A stretch of 64,000 bases of DNA from positions 5,146,001 through 5,210,000 of the forward strand of contig NC_081332.1 in NCBI RefSeq assembly GCF_022539665.2, given 5' to 3'. A program made the translations under genes and the position numbers. The notes below the pieces were generated by a model. It was not told the origin of the DNA. It saw only the letters and a program-made list of their open reading frames with translations, and ran no database searches. How positions within the stretch are numbered: the stretch's first letter is position 1; each line of letters begins with the position of its first letter. Source of the stretch: Daphnia carinata (Eukaryota). Of the stretch, positions 12,701-24,738 are shown in pieces.

Positions 12701-15700
12701 ATCGCTGACTGAATTATTTTTTTATCCGCCTACAGTAAACTGATTATTGTTCGTAACTCTTTATCGAACTTCTATCGAAATCGATCCCTAAAGTCATTTA
12801 TCGATTTTTCTTTTCTCGTTAAAAATTCGACTCCATAAACAGTAAACAGCCAATCGAATAACTGGCAAAAAGAAACATGACATTCATTAACTCAATTATT
12901 CTGTACGAATGAAACAGCTTGCGGACGCCCTGTTCAAATCTCTTTGGTTTGTTTCCCCGCCCCGCCCCCCAAAAAAGAACGTTGATTTAAAGCCGTCCAA
13001 TTAGTCCAACAAATGTAATCCGTTGATGCATCACGTACATCATTAGTGTGTATACAGAAGAATCACATTGATCCTTTTGGCGGATGATGCGCCCTACAAC
13101 AACTGTGGCCAGAAAGCGCCACTGTGCTGACCGAGCGGCTTACACGAACCCCCGTCCATTTTTATTTTTGTCCATTTCGTTTTATTTATTGACAATCGAG
13201 GCTATCTCAAAAGCTCAGGCCGATTACGTTATATAGATTTTAGAGATCAGTTTTCGCTTTTCTACACATATATCCATTATGTGCAGCTCGGGATCGTCAG
13301 TTCATGTCCAACTAACAGACACACTGGTTGCCTTTAAATAAATAATTTGAGCGCATACGATCCGATCGAATGACCAATTAGGCCTTTTTGCAGAAAGTAG
13401 CGAAAATCATTGGCCTATGATAATTAGCGGAAAATGTTTATCGATCTAACCCGTTTTTTTTCCAACATAGTCATTGAAACTTGAAATCGCTCCTTCTCTA
13501 GAATGAAATGATCCGCACACGTTTGATTAGGTCGAGAATTTGTACAAAAAAAAACAAATTGAAGACAGGAAAAGCTTGTTGAGTAGCCCGAGTAGACTTG
13601 CAAGGAGTTACCATCGATCACGCTTTTTTTTTTTTTTTTCCTGCTCCCTCTGTGCGTGAAAAAGCCCCCGGGAGAGTACACAGTAGACGTTCAAGTTGGC
13701 TTCAATAATGGCAACTTTGGACGATGATGATTCCTTTTTTTTGTACTCTTTGATTTCTTTTTCTTGAACCGGGGGGTACAGGCAATATATATAGTGCAGA
13801 CACTTTCCCATGCTCTTCTTACCTAACATAAATTCATGCTCTTATCGTTAGAGAACCGATCGATGCTCTTGATCTCTGATGTTGGGAGGCTTTACTGCTC
13901 CACATGGAAGTACACAAAGAGTTAAGAAGATACGTAAAATAACAACGTCTTCAATCCTTTGTGTGTTCGTATCGATTAAACTAATCCACCTCTTCTTTTC
14001 TCTGTCTTGATTGAAAACTTTTAATCCTCCCCCCCCCTTTTATTTCGCAAAAAAAAAAAGGAGAATGAATAGCATTTGCATAATGACTCGTTACAAAAGC
14101 CACTGTGTCTAACGGTTTTAAAGGGGCAAGAGATATAGTCTCGCCTATATAAAGGATGAGTGAAAAAGGAATGAAAACGGGATCCGGATCCCGATGGCGA
14201 TCATTTCCCTTGAGAAAGCGGAGAACAGGGGAAAAAAAAGGACTTCCCGAAAGATTGGCACCCACTGATCAATATGTTATACATACAATGCGTGTGTGTG
14301 TGTGCGAGAGTCCTTATAACCGTAGACATAACAAGCCTCAAAGAAAAAACTAAGTATTACGTAGACAGTCAAAGAAATCAGAAAATCTTTGGCTCGATTC
14401 CAGCAATCGTTTTCTTTCATTGACGTTTTGAAGAGGTGGACCGGTGAAATGGACATCAGAGCGGAAAGAAAAAAAAAAGCTCGGCGCATTACAAAAAAAA
14501 ATGGAGGACAACGACGTGTATGTAGGTCTATAAATAGATAAGAAAAAGGGGCGTATTTCCGAAGAAAATAACGGGCAGTCCATTTGCTTATTTTTTTTTA
14601 AAAGCTTGGACTTGCAAACTCTCATTGATTTTATCGTCCAGGCGCTACTGTTTGTTATTGCGGAGGAAACAGTGATGGGTTTGCATATCGTGCCCGGAAG
14701 GAGGAACACGATCTTCATGTGCCACGCGTAACAGTAGGGTAAACATCAGAAGGTGGTTCACATAACAACATATGTCTTATGGCGGTAAACTGGTCCAGGA
14801 ACAGTCGTATCAAGTTAACGAGTCGTGTTAATGTCAAATCGTTCATGTGCTGTCCACTGCACATATAAAAAAACAAGGCCAAGAAACGGAGATAAAATAG
14901 ATTCAACATTGACTTTGTCTGACCCATTAAATAAAGAGGAAGATAAATATGGGGAGGGGAGAGGCGAGTAGCTAAAGTGCCGAACTTCCGTATCAATTCA
15001 GCAAATTGAAAAGAAATAAGTAAATTGTTTACTTGCCTTTTAACTTTGGTTCCCACGTGATAGAATTACAATTCCATTACCTCACATCCTAAAAATCAAA
15101 TCGCAATTTCTTATAGATTTATGATTCAAAATTTAGGCTTATTCCGGGATTTATTCTCGAATCGTCCGTGAGCTTGAAACATTGTCACAGCGGTAATTCA
15201 ACGTCCAATGGTCGTCAACTTTTTTTGTGGCAAATCGAATCAGAGCGACTAGAAATCCTAAAAGACTAAAAAACAGAGAAGCAAAAAATCCATTTCTTGA
15301 AAGGCATTAGAAAGGGCGTCACAGAGGGGGGCCGCTGCCCGTCAATGTTGCTGTCATCGTACATGTAATTACCATCACTTTGACAATGACTCGTCTGATT
15401 CTCATTAGTCGAAGCTGCGGAGCCTAGAAAAAAAAAGAATGATGAAGCTATTTCGTGCGGGATATACGCGACTGGGTCCAAGGCCTATGGCTTGGGCTCA
15501 TCCCGTTTGACCGCGACGCATTCAGTCGCTAGCTGGCGTCGTGTTCAGACGTGCCCTTAGTAGTGAAACAAATCTATTCGGTTTCTAACAAAACGCAGAC
15601 CCATCATCTGGGCTTTGTATGCCCAAGTATTGTGATCAACGTCCCGTAAGTTATCTAACAATCACTCCCTTTTTTTTTTTAAACACATCAATTAACGATT

Positions 15701-16989
15701 TGTGTATGGCTCTCTTAGGAGCACTTTGTGGGTGTGATAGGCTGCGGAAAGGAGAAGAAAGAAAATAGGGGGAATTTAGAGAAAGGAAAGAAAAGAATAA
15801 GAGACTCTTCGTGGAAGTAATTGGAGCTAACGAGAGCACCGCTGTCGATAGGCGCGTCTTAACATTCAATAATAATATCGTGAACGAATGTCCTACATGT
15901 AAGAAGAAGAGCTCCAGTAAAAAGAAATGTGATTTTGATTTTTTCTTTTTTCTGTCCCCAATAAATACGTGAGTGCGGATAAAAGACATCAACGATGAAG
16001 TAAAAACGTGGCCTCTCGTAGACGAATCTAATCACAAGACCGCCGCGCTGATTTGGCTTTAACCTCCAACCTCTCTCTTACGTATAGCTTTGCTGTGTCA
16101 CCTAGTAGCTAGTATTCCTTGTATCTTGCCTTGCGCGTTTTTTTTATGACCATTTAAAAACAAATGGAAAATGATTAACGTTCGACGAAGCTTTTGTTCT
16201 CCGAAAAAAAGGGGGGAAACATTAATCAGATATGCGAACGTCAAAGAGTCTGGATGGAGATTAGAATCTATATGACCTAGAAAACAAAAATCAGACAATT
16301 ATTCTCTGAATTTAAAATCGCGTGTTATAGAATTCCAATCAAGAGAAATACGTTTAACTTGGATTAGGTGTTAATTCTTTCTTGTTTTTTTGTTTTATTT
16401 GACCTAACTACAAATAGAGGAAGTTAACCTAAATGGTTGGCGTTTGTATTTCTTGAACCTGTTTTGTTTCCTTTTTTTTTTTTTTTTTTTGTTTCCTCTG
16501 CCTCGTAAGCTCCGTAGTGCGAAAGCTTATAGTCGCCTTTTTGTCCGTCTTTCGTTCAATGCGCTCAACTATACGAATAGACGAAAAGGAGCGGATATGA
16601 GCCGTCGATTGACTTATAGCTACGTCGTCGATCGACCTGATTGATTTGCTTCTCGTTGCAATCATTCCACTCCGTTCGCTCTTAACCGGCAGCCATTTTT
16701 TTTTCTTTTTTTCTATTTAATTTTTACCTCATTTCGTTTTGATGTTTTGGTTGTGTACATTGTCTACATTTCAAGATGTCGCTTCTCACGCTTATCGTGT
16801 TTCTTACTCCGCTCTTATCCGTCTGTCCTTTTTTTGGCATAGAATCGGATCAAATTGCCATCTTATGTTTCGCTAAAATTTGTTCTGACGAGTAAATGTT
16901 TTTTTTTCTTTTCTTTTTTAAGTGCTCGCTCGAAAGTATAGGGACATGAGGTGGACAGCTGATGGAGTTGCATTGGATCATCTTCAGCC

Positions 16990-18874
16990 ATGACTGTCGA
17001 TTTGGACGCGGCCATCCGCCTACTCCGGCTGCTGACCCCGCTGTCGGCATCGTTGGCTTTCGTCACAGTCGCCGTCGGACTCGTCACCAGCCACTGGCTC
17101 TACAGCGAAGAGAAAATGTCCAATCCGAAATTCAACCGGACTGGCGATCCCGAATTGGAATATCTATCCAAATTCACCGTCAGCGGATTGTGGACCCTCT
17201 GCTATACCAATCGTTAGCGAACATCTAATAGACCATCATAAGTTATTAGAAATTGAATTAATATTGTGATTCACAGCTGGCGAGACGGAACGATTTTGTT
17301 TCAACATCGATTATTTTCCAACTGAAGAATACAGTCCCGATCCCAACGACTCTACTCTTTCCATCCCTTGTAAGTATTTTATTACGTAATTTTTAAACGA
17401 ATTTTTGTAATATTTTATTTATTGGAAACAAAAAAACAGATGCAGTTTTAAGATCGGCACCTTTTTTCTTTATGGCAACTGCCCTTTTGGTCGTCGGTGA
17501 AATATCCTGTTTCCTTGGACATTTCGCCCCTCGTAGACGCTATTGCACTTTTCTCTCGGGCGTTACGTTCATCCTTTCAGGTATTTTACGCATCTTTATA
17601 CACGATACTATGTTAAACTTTGTTTGATTTTATAGGACTCTTACTTTTGCTCGGTCTGGTAGTCTACGTGTCAGTTTTCACGGCTGAAATTGGAAGTAAA
17701 TTAAGGCCCAGCTCATCTCTGCAACCGCCAATGTTCACTTACATTTATGGCTACAGTTTCTATTTAGTCGTGACTGGTTTCTTGGCCGCCGAAGTATTTA
17801 CGTTCCTCTTTATTTATTAAATCGCATAAACGTTAACCGCAATCTCTTATAATACAGGTAGCCGGCACTTCGGCCATCTTCTTATTCATTTACTGGCACC
17901 GCAACCGTATTGCCAAGAAGGAAATGCACCGGAAGATGACTCTGGCTCTCGTCCAGACGCCAGTCGATCTCGGATACACAGCAGCTCATGGTCATCTGTT
18001 AGCTATTGTTCCTCCACCTCCACCGCCGTCTTCACAAAATCATCACCAGCATTACCCCATGACCAATTCTCTAACGCCAGTTTGCCTTCCCCATTGTTAC
18101 CAAGACCAGCATCATTTGCGTCATCAAAACGAAACGTTTCAATCGAATCAGTGCAATGGCTTTGTGAAAATTCCTTGCCCTTGTTCCATTGGCTTCGGTA
18201 GCATCGGTGGAGTGGCTTCCACTGATGATGAGTCTGTTTCCATACCGACTCCGCCGCCGGCTGTTTCTTCCAGCTATCCGAGAGATTGTCCCGTCCACCA
18301 TCAGACGGAACGTTCATCCTTTGTGACTGTTCACAATCCGGCATCTACTGCAGCTGCTCCGCTACTGTCGACGATCCGGCGTCATCACAATTACCAGAAG
18401 CAGCAGAGTCAAGACAGAGATATGCCGGACATAACGGCGTTTAGCCGAATGCTGGTCCATCAGCGGCGACAGTTTAGCACCGATTCGGAGAACAGCAGTT
18501 TCAAAGTAAGCGTTAATAATCTAGGACCAGCTAATGGCAATAACAGGCAACAGCCATCAGAGCCACATCAACAGACAACGATCTGTTACCAATGTCACGG
18601 AGCGGGTCACGTGACAGTGCCCGTCATTTCGGCCAGTTGTGACAATAATAGCCGGCAGATGGCGTTTGCTGACAGTCTTCCGCGCGACGTGACCACAAGC
18701 ACAATCTGCAGCGCCGCAATGGCGACTCCCGGAGACGAAGATTATGCCGCCGTGTCTCATCGGGATAATAATGACGTGGATGATGGAGAGTTGATCTTTC
18801 ATCCGAGGCATCAGCGGAATCTTTCTGCAGGCACAAATTTTCACGGCTCGCTCAGGAGGATCACGGCTGTCTAG
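16990..18874 (+). CDS. Stargazin/TARP-like (CACNG family) tetraspan protein with long low-complexity C-tail
   Basis: TSHWLYSEE, SGLWTLC, CFNIDYFP, YIYGYSFYL; ends RRITAV, resembling stargazin RRTTPV PDZ ligand. Confidence 0.85.
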
Positions 18875-19603
18875 ATTAATGGACTGAATCAATTATTTAA
18901 AATTAAAAACAGTATTTGAAAACTTCCTGCCAAGCATAATTAAATTTGTGTTGTATATATTTAGGTATTGTGAAATATGGTTTATTTGGATGAAATGTTG
19001 TGTATAGTCTTGAATTGCTGGGAAGATGACAAATGCATGCAACAGCGCAACAGGTAAAACGTTTGAACTGTCGTTATAAATAAATAAAAAAGACGATTCT
19101 TTTAAGGCTATGAAATATTATAAGATTGATTGAATTTAATTAATGATTGATTAATTATAGGTATACATAGATGGATTTAGCTGTACGCCCTACTGGTGTT
19201 AGGAAGACAGGAACCAACAAAAAGTTATTGATATCGAAGAGAGTCACATAGCCGATAATTAGCTGTCATGAACCTGTGCATCCATGAACCTAGTAGCCAT
19301 GGGGAGACTTACTAACAACCTACGAGCTACGATTACCTCTTCTCTAGCTTGTGGGTCGATCTTCAACATTACGAACGGTACTACAGATCGATATGAAACG
19401 TCTTACGTGTAAGGTGTATGTGTGTATTGTTTTTTAGTGTGGTGCCATTTTAAGCATAGCTCTTTTCCTTTCTTGAAGCGAAGGTGATGTCCGAAGCGAT
19501 AAGGATGCTTGCGCAATCCGATGCGGATGAAGAATCTTGCGAATCCATTGATTGATGAGAGAGAAGTGGGTGGGAGGAGAGCATGGAGAGAATGGAGGGA
19601 TAT

Positions 19604-19677
19604 TGGAGGTGGCAGGATTTGAACCCGGGACCGACAGAATACAAAGCGAGGGCGATAACCATTGTGCCAGGACCGCT
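19604..19677 (-). pseudogene. Degenerate tRNA-like sequence (possible SINE head)
   Basis: Minus strand has A-box TGGCACAATGG and B-box GGTTCAAATCC at tRNA spacing; stems do not pair well. Confidence 0.6.
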
Positions 19678-20105
19678 CATCCAAAACAAATTAAGCTTTG
19701 CGTGTCATCCATTCAAATAGGCAGCTTATGGACACAGTAAGGCGTTGAAGTATGGCGCTGTGGCATAGTTCGTGGCTGCGACGGTGATTTCACGGGATCG
19801 AATCTCTTTTGTTATATTGTTTAAAACATTTTTTATTTAAACCCTTTTTCAGGTAGTCTTCCCGCCAGCACAATCCTCAACATTTACTTTTTTTTTTTTG
19901 TAGAATAGAGAAACTATTTATATTTATTTGATTATTTAAAAAGCCGCCGACCGACGATGAGTTAAGAGCAGACGAAAAATCGTGTGTTCTCGTCTCATTC
20001 TCATGCAAAATATCCATTCAAGTTGAAGTACTGTACATGAAGTAGTGAACGCACGAAGATTATTTGATCTTTAGCAGTCCAGTTTTCAAATAATTTTGTA
20101 CGGAA

Positions 20106-22115
20106 ATGGATGAGTATTCAACGTACAGAAATCCTCTATCGTCTAGATATGCGTCCGACCAGATGTCGTACAATTTTAGCGATAGGAAAAAATTTACAAC
20201 CTGGAGGAAACTGTGGCTTTACCTTGCTAAGGCATCTAAAGTATGTTAGTTTTAAATTTTTGGCCACAATTCATTCTAATTTAGTTGCTTGCTTAGGAGT
20301 TAGGTCTTGATGTCACTGATGGTCAAATTTCCGAGATGGAATCTCATGTAGATGATGTTGATATCAAAGCAGCAGATGAAGAGGAGAGAAAAATCAAACA
20401 TGATGTAATGGCTCATCTTCATGTATTTGCCACACAGTGCCCTACAGCTAGTCCCATCATACATTTGGGTGCTACATCATGTTATGTGGGCGACAACACG
20501 GTAGATTACCTGCACTAAGTAAATGACCACTTGGGCCTCATCTAACCATCACCATTGCTCAAACAGGATTTGATTGTTATCAAGGATGGACTGGACATTC
20601 TACTTCCTAAAATAGCACAAACCATTAGTAGGCTTGCAAAGTTTGCCGAAGAATATAAATCAATGCCTACCCTGGGATTTACCCATCTTCAGTATTTACT
20701 TGCCTAGGATTGGCATGATACAGCATGATTTACAATTTTTTGTTCAGGGCAGCACAGTTGACTACTGTAGGGAAAAGAGCCTGTCTATGGATTCAAGATC
20801 TGCTTATGGATGAAATGGCCATCCGAACAGTGCGAGATAATCTTCGCTTTCGTGGTGTCAAGGGAACAACTGGAACGCAAGCATCGTTTCTACAGTTATT
20901 CCAAGGCAAACTTTAAAGGGTCTTTCTGTTGTTGTACATTGCTTTAGAATATGTGCTGGCTTATTTTAGGAGATCATGAAAAAGTCAAACAACTCGATCG
21001 TTCAGTCACAAAAATGGCGGGATTTAATCGTTCGTTTATAATATGTGGGCAGACGTACACAAGGAAACTCGATATCGAGTGCGTCAGCGCGTTGAGTAGT
21101 TTGGCTGCCTCTGTTCATAAGGTATTTCATTTCCTTTCATGTATACATAAATCTTCGTTGTTTTGAAATCAAATTCCCATCATAGATGTGCACTGATATA
21201 CGTTTGCTAGCCTCGAGGAAAGAAATGGAAGAGCCGTTTGAGAAATCTCAAGTTGGTTCAAGTGCTATGGTATGCCTCGTGGTGTTACCTCAATCTAACT
21301 TTTTTTTTTCATTCTGCGCTAATATTACTTCAAAGGTCTAATAAAACATTTACGTTTAACAATAGCCTTACAAAAGAAACCCGATGAGATCGGAGCGCTG
21401 TTGCTCTCTGGCTCGGCATTTAATTACGCTTGCCGCCAATCCGTTTCACACTGCTGCAAATCAGTGGATGGAGCGTACGTTAGATGACAGCGCTAATCGA
21501 AGAATTACTTTAGCAGAGGCATTCTTAACCGCCGATGCTCTATTGCAAATGACCCAAAATATTGCCCAAGGACTTGTTGTCTATCCCAAAGTAATTTTTT
21601 ATTTATCATACATAGTAATACTGATAAACAATACTTGTATGTTGTTGACAGGTTATTGAGCGATATATTCAGGAAGAGCTTCCATTCATGGCAACAGAAA
21701 ACATAATCGTGGCAATGGTAAAAGCAGGCGGAGATCGCCAGGTAATTGTTTAGACTATTTAAAATTGTTTTGTCATGGGAAAGTTCACATAGCATGTTTA
21801 ATATTCATTTCAATGATGTGTTGATCACTTAATTCTACGGTAATTATTAAGGAATGTCATGAGCAAATCCGAGTTTTGAGCCAACAAGCCGGAAACGTGG
21901 TGAAGCAGCAAGGCGGCAATAATGATTTGGTTCAGCGTATTGGCAGTTGCAGTTACTTCCAGCCGATCCACGGTCAAATACAGTGCTTGTTGGACCCGAA
22001 AACTTTTATTGGTAGGGCTCCGCAGCAAGTCGATGAATTTCTGCAAGAGGAAGTCGCACCTGTTCTTGCCACATATCCAAGGTTAACGAGTAATACTGTG
22101 GAATTTAAAGTGTGA
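20106..22115 (+). CDS. ADSL: Adenylosuccinate lyase
   Basis: [57 protein letters not shown] signature; one GC donor at 20906. Confidence 0.97.
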
Positions 22116-22270
22116 TTGGAAAGAAGAAAGTTTTATTTAGCTCTTTCATTCAATAGAACATTGAATTTTGAAGTTCACCAATAAAATTCAAATGGGTACA
22201 ATCAAAACTTTTTATTTAGTTTTATGTTCTCCTTATATAGTAAATTTACACAAGCTGTAGAATACATCTC

Positions 22271-23039
22271 TCAGCTGCTGGTGGAATCATTGGTAAAAGA
22301 ACATTGACACAGTGATGCTAACCTGCTTAAGTTGTGTACTTGTTTCTCAAGGAATGCGACACGTTCTTTGGAACTATTCAGTTCTGTTTTCAGGTCTTCA
22401 TAGGCCATCTTGAGGCGAATGTTTTCTAAGATAAGTGTTTGACTTGTTGTGGAGCTACATTTTGCAGGATCATCTCTAACAAACTCAAAGGACCCAGTGG
22501 ATTCACCATCTTTCATGTTAACTTCTACGGTAAGTGAGTCTTCTATATCATGTTGGAAGTCATGACTTTCATTATCTTTATCTGACTGTTCAGATTCATC
22601 CACATCTTCTTGCACTGGTATCCACACCAGGGGCTGCTTGCCATCTATCTCATTTGAATTGCATGTTGGAAGAAATCCAGAGTTTTGTGTTTTTCTTACT
22701 TGGCTGCCACTTGCAGGATTTCGTTTCATGAATGGAACAGCATTATGGACTAGTTTTGGTCGTTTGGCATTGATATTAAGGTACTGATCCCTCCGAAAAT
22801 GCCTTGAACAAAGAAGAATTCGACCTTTATCTGTAGTCAGATCCGGTGGACACAATTCAAGCCATTTAAGCATTCTGTTGGGATCTCTGTATGGAAATCT
22901 ACAAGAACATATGTTATTTCACCATTTCAATGGACATTAATAATAAAAATGAATTCCTTGATTCATACTTGTGAAACATGATGGAAGTTTTCCCATTCAT
23001 AGATGAATTACAACCAATAGCTACGCATTTTCTACCCAT
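22271..23039 (-). CDS. THAP zinc-finger protein with C-terminal coiled coil
   Basis: MGRKCVAIGC...FHKFP...KW...LCSRHF...NAVP THAP signature across one intron; heptad-rich C-terminus. Confidence 0.88.
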
Positions 23040-23279
23040 ATTCCGTAATGGCATTAAGGTTTATGTTATTCAAACCGTAAATACTGGTTTATAATTTCTT
23101 TTATCTTATTAAGACGATAAAGATTGGAACAGAAAGTATCTGTTCAAATACGGTAAACAAGAAGACGAATTTTGTCCATTTACTGAGCTGCCATCTCGGG
23201 ACAAATGAAGGTACTAGTACAATTTTTAGCACATGTTTTACAATCTGAATAGAAATATTACGAAACGTTCGTAGTGTCA

Positions 23280-23695
23280 ATGGCTGCGAAGAAAATGGAA
23301 ATTCTCAGATTGTATAAGCAACTATTAAGAGAATCAGCCAAGTTCCCGGTTTACAATTTCAGGTTGGTTACATTATTTCGACTGAAAGGGAACACATTTT
23401 AAATCTTTATCGCATGTTTATAGGGAGTATGCAATTAGGCGAGTAAAAGATGATTTTCGCGAAAATAAAAACTTAACAGACCCTGGAGCTGTAGATAAGC
23501 AGATAAAGGAAGGGTACAAGAACCTTGCAATCATCAAGAGACAAGTATAACACCATGTTTCTTCATCACTTCCAGTTTTCAATCTGAATATAGTTATAAG
23601 TCACTTACTATTTAAAATTTTTATCTGCTTTCTAGGTGGTCATTGGACACATGTTTGAACCCCAAAGATTAGTCATAGAAAAACAGTTATCCTGA
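23280..23695 (+). CDS. LYRM4: LYR-motif protein 4 (ISD11), 3 exons
   Basis: Spliced: MAAKKMEILRLYKQLLRESAKFPVYNFREYAIRRVKDDFRENK...IIKRQVVIGHMFEPQRLVIE. Confidence 0.92.
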
Positions 23696-23997
23696 TTTCT
23701 AATTATTCCTGTAAACTAAATAGGAAATCGGTAGAATTTTGTTACCATTTAAAGTAAGTTAATAATATTGAATTTTGAAACGAATAAAAAACTTGTTTCT
23801 TCTACACGTTTAAAATGTATTTTGGTTTTGATGCTCACTAGGCCATTGTTTTTTTCAACATCTGTCAACCGCAATAAGTGAATGGAGTGTTTCAATCAGT
23901 GTTTGGGTAGTCATTGAAATTCTACAAGCCAATCACACAATCCTGGATCTGTTGTGTTGATCCAAGAAATGGATCATAAAATTTTAGGTAAACCAGT

Positions 23998-24101
23998 AGT
24001 TTGCATCAGTACTTCATGTGTCTGCCACCCTCTAGCCTAGTTGAAGGGTTGATTGGTAGGACAAACCTACCAGTCGATAGATTAGTTTACTGATGCAAAC
24101 T
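23998..24101. repeat. Short element with perfect 14-bp terminal inverted repeat and internal hairpins
   Basis: AGTTTGCATCAGTA (23998) / TACTGATGCAAACT (24088); internal stem TTGATTGGTAGG-ACAAA-CCTACCAGTCGA. Confidence 0.7.
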
Positions 24102-24738
24102 TTGAAGCGAAAATAGGTATTTTGCTCTAGTTCTGCTGTTTTGGGCTACAAATGTTCGTTTATTTAAACCCTGATTTCCTCCCTGTAATGTATTTCCTGG
24201 CACGGAGATGTGCGAAATCTCTTTCAAGAAACGGGGGAGAACACGTCCGTACGTAAGCTGTTATTCAAGCTTTGGAAAACGTAGCGATGCTAACTTCCAT
24301 GCCTTTAGGAAGCTAGATCTTTAGTTTCTCAGAAAACCTTTTCGCAATTAGCAAAATCTATTCATTCAGCGTGTTTGCTAAGTAACAGCCAATTGCAGTA
24401 CTTTCTGCGCATTCAAGTTTTTCCTATAGTCATCGTCTTCAACAAAGGTCAGCGCATGGGTCATCATAGTTCCCATCTTATCAAACTGGGTCATTTGTTT
24501 TTCATTTTAATTGCATCCTACTATGTAGCTATGGATTATTCTCCAAGATCTGAAACATTGCGAAAAGCATACACGCTTTGTGACGAAGGATAGGAGACCA
24601 CGTCACATCAGCTGTGTGTGCATCTGTTTCTATTTCTTTTATCGTGTTTACCCGAATGTCTACAACAGGTGTTGTGTGACGCAAACATGGCCCAATGAAA
24701 CGTTACGTTTACTTCTATTGCCCATCATTCAGTTCCGT

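Noticed and set aside
10676..16700. Many 60-120-aa ORFs
   Set aside because: F/K-rich translations of poly-A/T tracts; typical non-coding DNA
22271..23039. THAP gene as a P-element transposase
   Set aside because: Short protein with no transposase catalytic domain and no flanking TIRs; looks like a host gene
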